Shown here: positions 44,728 through 54,710 of the stretch, in pieces
How the letters are laid out: every line of letters begins with the position of its first letter
How positions within the stretch are numbered: position 1 is the stretch's first letter
NCBI GenBank assembly: GCA_025354565.1
Contig: JANXMQ010000247.1
Span: forward strand, 5,880-69,879
Reading direction: 5' to 3'
Length of the DNA stretch: 64,000 bases
Source of the DNA: Akkermansiaceae bacterium
Lineage (GTDB): Bacteria > Verrucomicrobiota > Verrucomicrobiia > Verrucomicrobiales > Akkermansiaceae
Position numbers and translations under genes: made by a program
Notes under the pieces: model-generated
What the model was told of the DNA's origin: nothing
Seen by the model: the letters and a program-made list of their open reading frames with translations, nothing else
The model's database searches: none

Positions 44728-44890
44728 TGGGTTACTACGCTGTGATCTATACGGTTTATCAGCAAAACAGCCCGAGATTAGGAAAAGGGGCGCGGGCGCG
44801 TGGCCTGCATGTAAATCACCTATTCATCCACTCACTGGGGGGGCATGACTGAAGGATCATGACTAAACACCCGTCCCTCAGTCATGTCAC

Positions 44891-44922
44891 AAATCATAAA
44901 AAGCCCCGAAGCAATTCGTGGC
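44891..44922 (-). terminator. Rho-independent terminator downstream of the PEP-CTERM gene
   Basis: The minus strand reads GCCACGAA-TTGC-TTCGGGGC (7 of 8 bp paired), followed by TTTTTATGATTT. Confidence 0.6.
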
Positions 44923-44968
44923 TTTTCATGATTAAGGGTTTGGCCTGCTATCTTGCGAGGGCAAAAAC

Positions 44969-45697
44969 TTATGCACACGCATGCCGGCGACGGCGGAGAA
45001 ACAAGGTGGATGCACCAAGGCCGAGCAACGCCAAACTGCTTGGTTCGGGAATGACGGTGAGACTTGCCGCATCGACGAATCCAGCATTAGTTCCCATTTG
45101 ACCCGTGTTATCTCTGTAAACTACTTGCGATAGAAAATACCTTGTACCGATAGGAACGGTTCCAGTTTTTTGGATATTTTCCCAAGTAGCCGGGTCGCCA
45201 TCGAGGACCAGAGCTGCATTATCGGTTCTGATTAGGCCGGTCAACGCTGGCCCTGAATAGAACGAGAGGATGACTTGACCCGTTAAGGTTCCGGTAGCAC
45301 CCTTGCCAGTCGTGAAAAAGGCATTCAGGTCGTAAGTTTCTAAGCCGGTATCAATAGCAGTAGCTCCGCCAGGTATTGACGACAGGTCAGTGAGTTGGAC
45401 TGTTTGCCAAGCACTTCCGGTGCCTGTGATTCTGAGCATCTTTGTACTCCCCAAGTAAGGAATAACACCAGCAGAATCTGGTGCGCCACCCGTGGTAATA
45501 TTCGCAGCTTCATCCGCCCATACGCCTAGTGTCCCACTATTCAGGGTGGGGATATATGCACCAAGCGGATTGGATTCAAAGCCGCCATCAACCAACAGGT
45601 TCGTCTGAGCTTGAGCTGGCAACGCGGCACCGAAGACTGCCAAAATGCTGGCGGTAATAAGTGTTATAAACAGTGTGTTCAATTTGAGGGATTTCAT
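44969..45697 (-). CDS. PEP-CTERM sorting-domain protein
   Basis: It has an N-terminal signal peptide and the C-terminal motif VIPEPSSLALLGLGASTLFLRRRR. Its GC content is lower than that of the flanks. Confidence 0.85.
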   Translation of the reverse strand: MKSLKLNTLFITLITASILAVFGAALPAQAQTNLLVDGGFESNPLGAYIPTLNSGTLGVWADEAANITTGGAPDSAGVIPYLGSTKMLRITGTGSAWQTVQLTDLSSIPGGATAIDTGLETYDLNAFFTTGKGATGTLTGQVILSFYSGPALTGLIRTDNAALVLDGDPATWENIQKTGTVPIGTRYFLSQVVYRDNTGQMGTNAGFVDAASLTVIPEPSSLALLGLGASTLFLRRRRHACA

Positions 45698-45817
45698 AGA
45701 ATTTTAATTTCGGATTGCAACATTTTATAGACTCATAGCTATATTTTCCCACTTCGTCATCAACGAAGTTAATTACGTGTCTATTTCGAATACCGAGATA
45801 TTGCTAGATTAAAAAAA

Positions 45818-45869
45818 TAAATTAGATTTCAGGGTCTTGACACCGACTCAACCTGAAATTCTCAGCAGA
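45818..45869 (-). terminator. Rho-independent terminator downstream of ORF 45900..46847
   Basis: The minus strand has 8-bp stems ATTTCAGG and CCTGAAAT (45836-45843 and 45862-45869) with an 18-nt loop, followed by CTAATTTATTTTTTT. Confidence 0.6.
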
Positions 45870-45899
45870 GCGATTTTGGCAACCACGCCTTATCTTTCC

Positions 45900-46847
45900 T
45901 CATTTGAAGCCTTCCTCAAAAGGCGTGGAGTCCATTACCCAGTCTTCGGCAAGCACTCTCGAAATTTCGAATTGGCGGGATTCCGCCCCTTCGACCCGCC
46001 GGATCTCCAAAGTCGTGCGGGTGATCTTAGCGCCCTTGGACAACATCCAAGCGATGGCCCCGGCCTGCGGGGATCCGATCTTGCAATAGGCTTCCAGAGT
46101 CTCCTTCGAATCAGTCGAGCCGATCGCGTAACAAAGCCACTTTTTATCGTCGCTGAAGGGTCCGTTGTAATAGGCGTCCTTCTTGATGAAAACCCTCACG
46201 GTGCCGATCGCCGCCTGCTTTTCGAGCAAGTCAGTCCATGAGGGAGTCACCGTGCGGGCAAAGGCATCGAAGTCGATCCGCCATTTTCCCGCCGCATCGG
46301 GTGTCAGTAGGGCGATGCGACTGCCAGGCTTTTCCAAGCCTTTAAATTTCACATCCACACCCTCAAGGGGAATCGCAGTGCTGTTGATGCTGCTAAGCCA
46401 CTGCAGTCGGTCCAGCGCCCCATCTCTGGCATCCATCCCTTGCAAGAAATCAATGATCTCCTGCGGGCTCGCACGATCTTGGCGGAAATAATCGGCGACA
46501 TGGCTCGGATCGCGAAGTGCCAGCGCTTGTTTCACCAAGGCGAGAGCCTCAGCAGAAGATGGGGCAGGGAATCGGGAAATCACCTTGGTTTTGACTTCTG
46601 CTTTGGGCGCAATTTTCGGAGAACTCGTAGTCACCAGTTCCGGCGGCTTTTCATGGCGAAACATCCACACCACACAACAGATCCCGAACACCAACATCGC
46701 CATTCCAATCAACACCAGCGACCGGATCTTGATGATTCGATTTTGCTCTTTCCGCGACTTCGCCAAGCGGCTGCTCTCACTTCTCTGTTTTTTTCGTCGG
46801 GGTCCCTTGGGCGCTCCCACCCCCGGCATTTTCCTGAAACTTTTCAT
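45900..46847 (-). CDS. Hypothetical single-pass membrane protein
   Basis: A 315-aa ORF with a basic N-terminus and a TM helix (SLVLIGMAMLVFGICCVVWMF). No family was recognised. Confidence 0.5.
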   Translation of the reverse strand: MKSFRKMPGVGAPKGPRRKKQRSESSRLAKSRKEQNRIIKIRSLVLIGMAMLVFGICCVVWMFRHEKPPELVTTSSPKIAPKAEVKTKVISRFPAPSSAEALALVKQALALRDPSHVADYFRQDRASPQEIIDFLQGMDARDGALDRLQWLSSINSTAIPLEGVDVKFKGLEKPGSRIALLTPDAAGKWRIDFDAFARTVTPSWTDLLEKQAAIGTVRVFIKKDAYYNGPFSDDKKWLCYAIGSTDSKETLEAYCKIGSPQAGAIAWMLSKGAKITRTTLEIRRVEGAESRQFEISRVLAEDWVMDSTPFEEGFK

Positions 46848-47312
46848 GAGGATTGGCCTGTCCCGCGGTCATCGTTTTTCGGGACGGCCTCAAGCTAACG
46901 ACCCAGCTAGCGGATGGGAAAGACAAAAAAGCCTCCAGCGCGGTGGGCGAAGTTGATGAGGTTGCGGTTGGTCTGAAGAGAGGAAGGCTGATGGTAGAAG
47001 AGGCAAGGGCGAAAAGGATCGCATGACGACGGAAATTTACCCGTATGTGGCGACGGGGGCGGATGGATTGGAATGGTGAGTCCGCTGGATCGGGTGGATT
47101 GACGATGGTTGATTTGGGAGAACATGAAACCGCAACAGTGGATTTTCTAGTGCCTGAGCGATGCCGCCTCGTCAGATAATCAAAAATCAAAGTTCCTCAA
47201 TCCTCAATCGAACTGAGGCCACCACTTTCAACTACACCACCCCCAACCTTGCAACCCGGCCCACCATCTGCTGTTCTCAGCCAATGGAATATGCCATCAA
47301 ATCCACCACTCC

Positions 47313-48593
47313 ATGAGCGACCACGATCTCATCGTCCGCAGCAGCCACGGCGCACTTGCGATCCGTGATGGCGTCATCACTGCGGCAAGCTCCGACATTT
47401 CCGGGTCGTCCCGTGAGGAAATCGACATCGGCGACGCCCTGATCCTGCCCGGTTGGATCGACGCCCATGTCCATTTCAACGAACCCGGCCGCGCCGACTG
47501 GGAAGGCTTCACCACCGGCTCCCGCGCCCTCGCTGCTGGTGGCGGCACCACGTTTTTCGACATGCCGCTGAACTCCAGCCCGCCCGTCATCTCCCGTGCC
47601 GCCTTCGAGGAAAAGCGCCGCCTCGGTGAGGAAAAATCCTGCCTCGACTTCGCGCTCTGGGGCGGCCTGACCCCGGATTCCCTCGACCATCTGGAAGCCA
47701 TGGCCGCCGCCGGTGCCATCGGCTTTAAAGCCTTCATGTGCCCCTCTGGACTCGATGAATTCCAGGACGCAAATCCATCCACTCTCCGTCAGGGCATGGA
47801 AATCGCAGCCCGCCTTGGACTCCCCGTCGCCGTCCATGCGGAAGATCCGTTAGTCATTCAAAAACATCAACTCGCCCACCCACCCGCCGCCACGGACATG
47901 CGAGCCTGGCTCGACTCCCGGCCCATCGCCGGCGAACTCTCCGCAATCCGCATCGCCATCGACTTCGCAGGTGAAACCGACTGCGATCTCCACATCGTCC
48001 ATGTCACTTGTCCCGAAGGCATCGATCTCGTCACCGCCGCGAAAAAGCAAGGCGTCCGCGTCACCGTCGAGATCTGCCCGCACTATCTGTTACTCGATGA
48101 TGAAATGGCCATCGCCATCGGCCCCACCGCCAAGTGCGCCCCGCCGCTCCGCTCGCGAGCCACCGTCGAAGCGCTCTGGCAGAAACTTCTAACTGGAGAA
48201 ATCGACACCCTCGGCTCCGACCACTCACCCGCCCCGCCCGAGTTGAAACAAGGCACCGACATCTTCGCCATCTGGGGCGGCATCGCAGGCATCCAGCACG
48301 CACTTCCACTCTTGCTCAGTCACGATATGAGCTATATTCCCCAATTCTCTTCCAACGTCGCCGCCCGTTTCCATCTCCCCAAAAAAGGCTGCCTAACACC
48401 CGGCCATGACGCCGATTTCATCATCCTCGAAAAATCCCCAAACACCGTCACCCACGATCAACTTCTCACCCGCCACCCGCTTTCCCCCTACCTCGGAATG
48501 ACCGCCGCCCACACCATCGCCGCCACCTACCTGCGCGGAAAAAAAGTCACTTCCGCCACCCGTGGAAAATTCATCGCTCCACAAAGAGGTTGA
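47313..48593 (+). CDS. allB: Allantoinase (cyclic amidohydrolase family)
   Basis: It has the motifs LPGWIDAHVHFNEPGR, FKAFM, VHAED and GSDHSP. Its context, next to ureidoglycine aminohydrolase and xanthine dehydrogenase, favours allantoinase over dihydroorotase. Confidence 0.65.
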   Translation: MSDHDLIVRSSHGALAIRDGVITAASSDISGSSREEIDIGDALILPGWIDAHVHFNEPGRADWEGFTTGSRALAAGGGTTFFDMPLNSSPPVISRAAFEEKRRLGEEKSCLDFALWGGLTPDSLDHLEAMAAAGAIGFKAFMCPSGLDEFQDANPSTLRQGMEIAARLGLPVAVHAEDPLVIQKHQLAHPPAATDMRAWLDSRPIAGELSAIRIAIDFAGETDCDLHIVHVTCPEGIDLVTAAKKQGVRVTVEICPHYLLLDDEMAIAIGPTAKCAPPLRSRATVEALWQKLLTGEIDTLGSDHSPAPPELKQGTDIFAIWGGIAGIQHALPLLLSHDMSYIPQFSSNVAARFHLPKKGCLTPGHDADFIILEKSPNTVTHDQLLTRHPLSPYLGMTAAHTIAATYLRGKKVTSATRGKFIAPQRG

Positions 48594-48649
48594 GAGTAAA
48601 GACCACGGACCTTCAATTGCTATCCTCTATCCCCTATCCCACAAAATCC

Positions 48650-49387
48650 ATGCCCCTCTTCGGTCACACCCGCACCACCATCGCCCGCCGCCACGCCCTC
48701 ATCGCGCCCGATGGCCACGTCCCATCCACCTTCCCAGGTTGGAAAAACGCCACCGCCTTTGTCCTCATTTCCCCAGCGATGGGCGCGGATTTTTCACAAC
48801 TCCGCGTCACCTTCGATCTCGCCGGTGGCTGTGCCATTTTCCCCAAGGACGAACACGAGCACGTCGTCTATGTGGAAGCCGGAGAATGCGAAATCGAACT
48901 TGCTGACGAGTCGATCTCACTCACCGATGGCGGCTACATTTTCATCCCCTGGTACACGGCTTTTAGCATCGTCGGCAACGAGGAAACCCGCGTCACCCTG
49001 TTTCGGAAAATTTATGAACTTCAGGCCGGTTTTGAACCACCCCCACTCGTCTTTGGCACCGCCTCTAACATCCCCGGCGAGCCATTCTTCGGCAATCCCC
49101 GCGCCCTGCTCCAGACCTTGCTGCCGATTGATCCGCGCTACGACATGGCGGTGAATATCTTCACTTATCAGCCCGGTGCCACCCTGCCGTTTGTCGAGAC
49201 CCACATCATGGAACACGGCCTGCTCATGCTCTCCGGCCAAGGGATTTATCGCTTGGAAGAAAATTACTATCCGGTCACTGCAGGCGATGCAATCTGGATG
49301 GCTCCCTATTGCCCGCAATGGTTCGTCGCCATGGGTGATGAACCCGCCAGCTACCTCTATTACAAAGATGTCCACCGCCTGCCCTAA
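48650..49387 (+). CDS. allE: (S)-ureidoglycine aminohydrolase-like bicupin
   Basis: The N-terminus MPLFGHTRTTIARRHALIAPDGHVPS resembles AllE/YlbA N-termini, and two cupin halves are present. The start was moved to ATG 48650. Confidence 0.6.
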   Translation: MPLFGHTRTTIARRHALIAPDGHVPSTFPGWKNATAFVLISPAMGADFSQLRVTFDLAGGCAIFPKDEHEHVVYVEAGECEIELADESISLTDGGYIFIPWYTAFSIVGNEETRVTLFRKIYELQAGFEPPPLVFGTASNIPGEPFFGNPRALLQTLLPIDPRYDMAVNIFTYQPGATLPFVETHIMEHGLLMLSGQGIYRLEENYYPVTAGDAIWMAPYCPQWFVAMGDEPASYLYYKDVHRLP

Positions 49388-52300
49388 CATCATCGTTGTC
49401 AACGGGACAGCCATCGACGTTTCCGGCGTGCCAATCCACACCAGCATTCTGGATTTTCTGCGATCTTCCGGCCATACCGGCTCGAAAATCGGTTGCAACG
49501 AGGGCGACTGCGGAGCCTGCACGTTGTTATTATTAGAAAATGAAAGCCCGCCCCGCGCCATCAACGGCTGCCTCGCGCTGGTTGCATCGGTCGTCGGCAA
49601 GGAAATCATCACCGCCGAGGGACTCTCTAACAATGGCACGCTCCATCCCGTGCAAGCGGCCATGATCTCATGCAACGGCTCCCAGTGCGGCTACTGCACG
49701 CCCGGCTTCATCTGCTCGATGGCCGAGGCCCACGCCCGCCATGAAGCCGACCGCGCCGCCATCGCCAACCAACTCTGCGGCAACCTCTGCCGCTGCACCG
49801 GCTACCGCCCGATCCGCGAGGCGATGCTCCATTCGCTAACAGAAGCCGCGCCACCCATTAAAACCACCCCGGTCCCACCCGCTCCCGCCGTTTCAGCGGA
49901 CGCCACCAGCACTTGGCATCGCCCCTCCAACATCGCCGACGCACTGCGACTCAAGGCCGAAAATCCCGATTCCCAATTCATCGCCGGGGCCACGGAACTC
50001 GCCGTCCTCATCAACAAGCGCCACACGCGGATCACCACCTACATCGCCCTCGACGGCATCGCGGAACTTCATCAGTTAGAGAAATCCGAAAGCTCATGGA
50101 GAATCGGTGCCGCCGCCCCGCTCACCGATGTCGAGGCCGCTCTAGCAGGCGAGTTTCCTGCCATCGACCACATGCTCCGACTCTTCGCCTCCCGCCAGAT
50201 CCGCCACCGTGCGACACTTGGCGGAAATCTCGTCACCGCCTCCCCTATCGCCGATTCGCCGCCGGTCCTGTTAGCTTTGGACGCCGCCGTAGTGCTGGCC
50301 TCTCTAACGGGCGAACGGACCGTTCCCCTCGTGGATTTTTTCACCGGCTACCGCCAGACCGTCATGCGGCCCGACGAGATCATGACCGCCATCGTCCTGC
50401 CGCGCGGTCTGCCGGGACGTTGCGAATTTTTCAAAGTCTCGAAACGCCGGGAAATGGACATCTCCACCGTTTCCGCCGCATTCCGCATCGCCACCGATGC
50501 CCACGGGATCGTCACCCAAGCCCGGCTGGCCTACGGTGGAGTCGCCGCCACTCCGGCCCGCGCGGTCAAAACGGAAGCCGCCCTGCTTGGCCAACCGCTC
50601 GCCGCCACAGCCGAAATCCTGGCCCTGCTAGATTCCGAATTTTCTCCTCTAACGGATCTGCGCGGCACAGCGATCTATCGGCAATCCCTCATCCGCGATC
50701 TTTTCCGGAAATTCATCGCCGCAGACTCCGACGACCGCATCGCCCCGTTCGCTGACACCACATTTCCCAACCATTCCAGCCACGACATGCCTCATGAAAG
50801 CGCCGTCGGCCACGTCACCGGGAAGGCGCTTTATGTCGATGACACGGCGATCCGCCAAGGCGCTCTATCAGTTTTTCCGGTGCGTTCCACCCACGCCCAT
50901 GCCACTCTGACTCGCGTCGATGTCTCGGCAGCCCTCGCCGCCCCCGGAGTCCATACTATTCTAACCGCCGCCGATATTCCCGGCCTCAACAACACCGGCC
51001 CCGCCCGTCACGACGAGCCGCTTTTCGCTACGGATACGGTCGAGTTCCACGGCCAAGTGATCGCCGCCGTGATCGGCGATTCGCCGGAAGCCTGCCGTCT
51101 TGCTGCCGACCTCATCGTCATCGAATACGCCCCTCTAACACCCATCCTCGGCATCCCCGCCGCCATCGCCGCCGATTCATTCCACACCGAGCCACATTTC
51201 CTGGTCAGGGGGGAAATCGAAACCGCCTTGCGAGAAAGCCCAAGGCTGCTAGACGGCGAATTCCACATCGGTGGCCAAGAGCATTTCTACCTCGAAACCC
51301 AAGCCGCATGGGCCGCACCTGATGGCGAGGGCGGTGTCCACATCAGCAGTTCCACCCAACATCCGTCGGAAATCCAAACCATCGTCGCCGAAGTCCTCGG
51401 TCTGCCGCGCCACCGCGTCGTCGTCGAGGCCCCGCGCATGGGCGGTGGCTTTGGTGGCAAGGAAACGCAAGGCAATGCTTGGGCCGCCATTTGCGCCCTC
51501 GCCGCCCTCGTCACCGGAAAAGCCGTGGGCCATCAGCTCGACCGCGATCACGACATGGAATCCACCGGCAAGCGCCATCCGTTTTTCGCGAAATACCGCG
51601 TCGGCTATCACCCGGATGGCCGCCTCCACGCCGCCGACATTCAGCTAGTTTCCGATGGCGGCTGGTCGCTCGATCTCTCGCTTCCCGTTACCGACCGCGC
51701 GCTCTTCCACCTCGATAACTGTTATCACATCCCCCACGTCCGCTTTCAGGGCCGCGTCGCGAAAACCCACGTCACCTCGCACACCGCCTTCCGTGGTTTC
51801 GGCGGACCGCAGGGGATGTTAGTGATCGAGGAAATCATCGGTCGCATCGCCAGCCAGCTCTCGCTCCCGCCCGAGGAAGTCCGTGAACGCAATTTCTATC
51901 AGGGCAATGGTGAAACTAACACCACCCACTACGGTCAGGAAATCGTCGGCAACCGCATCGCCCGCATCTGGCAGGAATTACTAACATCCTCAGATTTTTC
52001 CAAGCGCCGCGCCGCCATCGCCACTTGGAACGCCGCCCACGCTAACACCAAGCGCGGCCTCGCCATCACGCCGGTAAAATTCGGCATCAGTTTCACTCTC
52101 AAACACTACAACCAAGCCGGAGCGCTTGTCCTCATTTATGCCGATGGCTCGGTGCAAGTGAACCACGGCGGCACCGAGATGGGCCAAGGGCTTCACACCA
52201 AGATCCTCGGCATCGCCATGCGCGAGCTCGGCCTGCCCGCCGCCCGCATCCGGCTCATGCACACCCGCACCGACAAGGTGCCTAACACCTCCGCCACCGC

Positions 52301-53114
52301 CGCCAGTTCCGGCTCGGACTTGAATGGCATGGCTGTTGCCGATGCCTGCTGCCAGCTTCGCGACCGCCTGGTCACCCTCGCTGCGGAAATGCTTCAATGC
52401 GCCGAGTCCGCCATCCGCTTCGAAGCAGGGCTGGTCCAGGGGGCTGCAGGAAATTCTATCCCCTTTGAAAAACTAGCAGCTTTCGCTTACACTCGCCGCC
52501 TGCAACTTTCCGCCGCGGGCTTCTACGCCACACCGGATCTCGAATGGGACTGGGCCGTCGGCAAGGGCAAGCCCTTCCACTATTTCGCCTTTGGCGCGGC
52601 TGTGAGTGAGGTGGAAATCGACGGCTACACCGGCAACCATCACGTCCGTCGGGTCGATATTCTTCACGATGTCGGCGATTCCCTGAACCCCGCCATCGAC
52701 CGCGGTCAGATCGAGGGCGGCTTCGTCCAAGGCATGGGTTGGCTCACCACCGAGGAGTTGAAATGGAATCCCGCAGGCAAGCTCCTCACCCACAGCGCAA
52801 GCACCTACGCCATCCCCGCCTTCAGCGACGCCCCGCCGGACTTCCGCATCGCGCTCCTCACTGGAGCCACCCAAGCCAACACCATCCACGGCAGCAAAGC
52901 CGTCGGCGAACCCCCGCTGATGCTCGCCATCTCCGTCCGCGAGGCCATCCGCGACGCGCTGGCAGCCTTTGAAATCGACCGCAATTTTCTCCTCCCCTCA
53001 CCCTGCACCGGCGAGGCGGTTAAAAACGTGCTGGAACATCCACTAGCGAGCGCAGATCCCAAATCCTTATGGCTACGCCCGTTGGCGCAGTCGGCTCCAC
53101 AGAGATACCGGTGA
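49368..53114 (+). CDS. xdh: Xanthine dehydrogenase with 2Fe-2S, FAD and molybdopterin domains fused in one polypeptide
   Basis: The two [2Fe-2S] motifs are CNEGDCGACTLLL and CNGSQCGYCTPGFICSM. The FAD domain carries FIAGATELAVLINK and LGGNLVTASPIADS. The Mo-cofactor domain carries GGGFGGKETQ and EPPLMLA. The start at 49368 is tentative. Confidence 0.85.
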   Translation: MSTACPNIIVVNGTAIDVSGVPIHTSILDFLRSSGHTGSKIGCNEGDCGACTLLLLENESPPRAINGCLALVASVVGKEIITAEGLSNNGTLHPVQAAMISCNGSQCGYCTPGFICSMAEAHARHEADRAAIANQLCGNLCRCTGYRPIREAMLHSLTEAAPPIKTTPVPPAPAVSADATSTWHRPSNIADALRLKAENPDSQFIAGATELAVLINKRHTRITTYIALDGIAELHQLEKSESSWRIGAAAPLTDVEAALAGEFPAIDHMLRLFASRQIRHRATLGGNLVTASPIADSPPVLLALDAAVVLASLTGERTVPLVDFFTGYRQTVMRPDEIMTAIVLPRGLPGRCEFFKVSKRREMDISTVSAAFRIATDAHGIVTQARLAYGGVAATPARAVKTEAALLGQPLAATAEILALLDSEFSPLTDLRGTAIYRQSLIRDLFRKFIAADSDDRIAPFADTTFPNHSSHDMPHESAVGHVTGKALYVDDTAIRQGALSVFPVRSTHAHATLTRVDVSAALAAPGVHTILTAADIPGLNNTGPARHDEPLFATDTVEFHGQVIAAVIGDSPEACRLAADLIVIEYAPLTPILGIPAAIAADSFHTEPHFLVRGEIETALRESPRLLDGEFHIGGQEHFYLETQAAWAAPDGEGGVHISSSTQHPSEIQTIVAEVLGLPRHRVVVEAPRMGGGFGGKETQGNAWAAICALAALVTGKAVGHQLDRDHDMESTGKRHPFFAKYRVGYHPDGRLHAADIQLVSDGGWSLDLSLPVTDRALFHLDNCYHIPHVRFQGRVAKTHVTSHTAFRGFGGPQGMLVIEEIIGRIASQLSLPPEEVRERNFYQGNGETNTTHYGQEIVGNRIARIWQELLTSSDFSKRRAAIATWNAAHANTKRGLAITPVKFGISFTLKHYNQAGALVLIYADGSVQVNHGGTEMGQGLHTKILGIAMRELGLPAARIRLMHTRTDKVPNTSATAASSGSDLNGMAVADACCQLRDRLVTLAAEMLQCAESAIRFEAGLVQGAAGNSIPFEKLAAFAYTRRLQLSAAGFYATPDLEWDWAVGKGKPFHYFAFGAAVSEVEIDGYTGNHHVRRVDILHDVGDSLNPAIDRGQIEGGFVQGMGWLTTEELKWNPAGKLLTHSASTYAIPAFSDAPPDFRIALLTGATQANTIHGSKAVGEPPLMLAISVREAIRDALAAFEIDRNFLLPSPCTGEAVKNVLEHPLASADPKSLWLRPLAQSAPQRYR

Positions 53115-54191
53115 GAGCGATTTGCAGGCCAGCGCCGGTTTTTCGATCAGGTGCCAACTCAGCAATGCGGCGGTAATGGAAACGACGTAAACCAGCACCG
53201 CGGAACCAAGCGACGTGAGCATGCCAAGCTGCATAAAGACATTGATCACCACTGCGTGATAGATATAGATGCCATAGGAAATGTCAGTCCCACCCAGCAG
53301 GCGATTCGATAGTGGGCGGAAGCTGAATGCACCGGCGATGGTGGCGAGGGCCAGGATCGTTCGCGACGGCAGATAGGCGAGGTAAAACGGCAGCGAGCGG
53401 TCCGCCACAAGGAAATGCTGCAAGGCCATGAAAACGACGTAGCCTGCGAAGTAGTGCAGGAATTTCCCCTCGATCCATGGCTTGAGATTCTCGAAATGCC
53501 GGTGGATCAGGATACCTAGCAGGAACATCCACAGGTGCGGCACAAGCGTGACTTGAAGCAGCTTAAAAACCATCGGCGCGCCCGTGAACCCGCCTGGTCC
53601 GTTCACCTGACTGTCCAAGATACAGTAGAGCACGAACGACACGAAAAACAGTGAAGGCGTGATGATTTTATTCAAACTCCTCCGGTCCGTTAGGTAACAG
53701 AACATTGGAATAAACAGATAGAACTGGAGCTCCACCGTGATCGTCCACAACGCGCCGTTCGCCACGCCATTACCGAAACCGCGAAAATGCTCGGGATTGT
53801 AGAACTGGAAAAAACTCACCTGCCCGGCCAGCCACGCCATGAACACGGGCGAGGACACAAAGCCAGATTCCAGAAATCCGAAGATCCCCAGCGCCGCCAC
53901 GGTCACCGCCAGACAAACCCAAAGCGCGGGAAAGATCCGCAGGCCGCGTCGCCAGAAGTAGCCCTTGAGATCGTCCGGATTTTTCTTGTAGGATTTTGTG
54001 ATCAGAAACCCGCTGATCACAAAAAAAATCGGCACACCCGGCAGCAGCATCAGCGCGTCGAAAAGCTGTTTTCCCCAAATGGGCAAGGTCTTCACCAGCG
54101 GCGTATGCCCAATCACATGCGCCACTACGACCTGTGCCGCTGCGAGAAGGCGGATAAGATCAAAGTTATTTTGTCGGTGGGGGGAGATCAT
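53073..54191 (-). CDS. Acyltransferase family 3 (integral-membrane O-acyltransferase)
   Basis: The N-terminus is MISPHRQNNFDLIRLLAAAQVVVAHV, and it has about 10 TM helices. Its 3' end overlaps the convergent xdh gene by 42 nt. Confidence 0.8.
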   Translation of the reverse strand: MISPHRQNNFDLIRLLAAAQVVVAHVIGHTPLVKTLPIWGKQLFDALMLLPGVPIFFVISGFLITKSYKKNPDDLKGYFWRRGLRIFPALWVCLAVTVAALGIFGFLESGFVSSPVFMAWLAGQVSFFQFYNPEHFRGFGNGVANGALWTITVELQFYLFIPMFCYLTDRRSLNKIITPSLFFVSFVLYCILDSQVNGPGGFTGAPMVFKLLQVTLVPHLWMFLLGILIHRHFENLKPWIEGKFLHYFAGYVVFMALQHFLVADRSLPFYLAYLPSRTILALATIAGAFSFRPLSNRLLGGTDISYGIYIYHAVVINVFMQLGMLTSLGSAVLVYVVSITAALLSWHLIEKPALACKSLSPVSLWSRLRQRA

Positions 54192-54710
54192 GGAAAAACG
54201 ACAAATACTTAGATTAGGAAGCCCCTGAGAGCGAGTCAAAACCCGCCGGTTACACGATCGCGTTATCTACTAGGCATAACTCGCTGTTGAAAACCGCTCA
54301 CGCCAAAAAGGCGGGGAGTCCGCAGTGACAAGATGATGGAAAGATAATCCGAAAAATCAGGCTTGCCGGAAGCAGGACTCTCGGGTATTAAATCGCCTCA
54401 GACGTTATTACGACTTCGGTGAAATTTTTTCCCCGTCCGTAAGAGCGCCACGATTTCGGCCCCCAGCCGCCCAATGATTTTTTTGGAACGATACACGCTG
54501 CCCCTCCTAACCGATCACATTCCGGATCGGTCACCATTCGCTGTTCCCGATCTATGATCCGGCGCTTGGTCCATCGTTCCGCATCCCTCTTCGCACCGGA
54601 TTTGTGCGGCGGCTTTGTCCGTCCGTGCGCTGGCGCGTCGCATCTACCCACTGGAGGACAATACCATCGCTAAGCCACAAAGAGACCAAAACAGGGGTCG
54701 TTTCCGCGAT

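Noticed and set aside
46848-47312. A 465-bp purine-rich gap upstream of the purine-catabolism genes, examined for a purine riboswitch or sRNA. The listed ORFs 46777..47190 and 46585..46956 were also examined.
   Set aside because: I could not find the conserved purine-riboswitch core, and no stable stem architecture was obvious. The ORFs have junk-like composition. I left it unannotated as a divergent promoter region.
49368-53114. Apparent excess of the pentamer CTAAC on coding strands (many NCT-AAC codon pairs, also seen as GTTAG in minus-strand genes)
   Set aside because: My rough by-eye count over the window is not above the expectation for this base composition (a few dozen per strand). 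Without a proper k-mer count, this cannot be called a signal.
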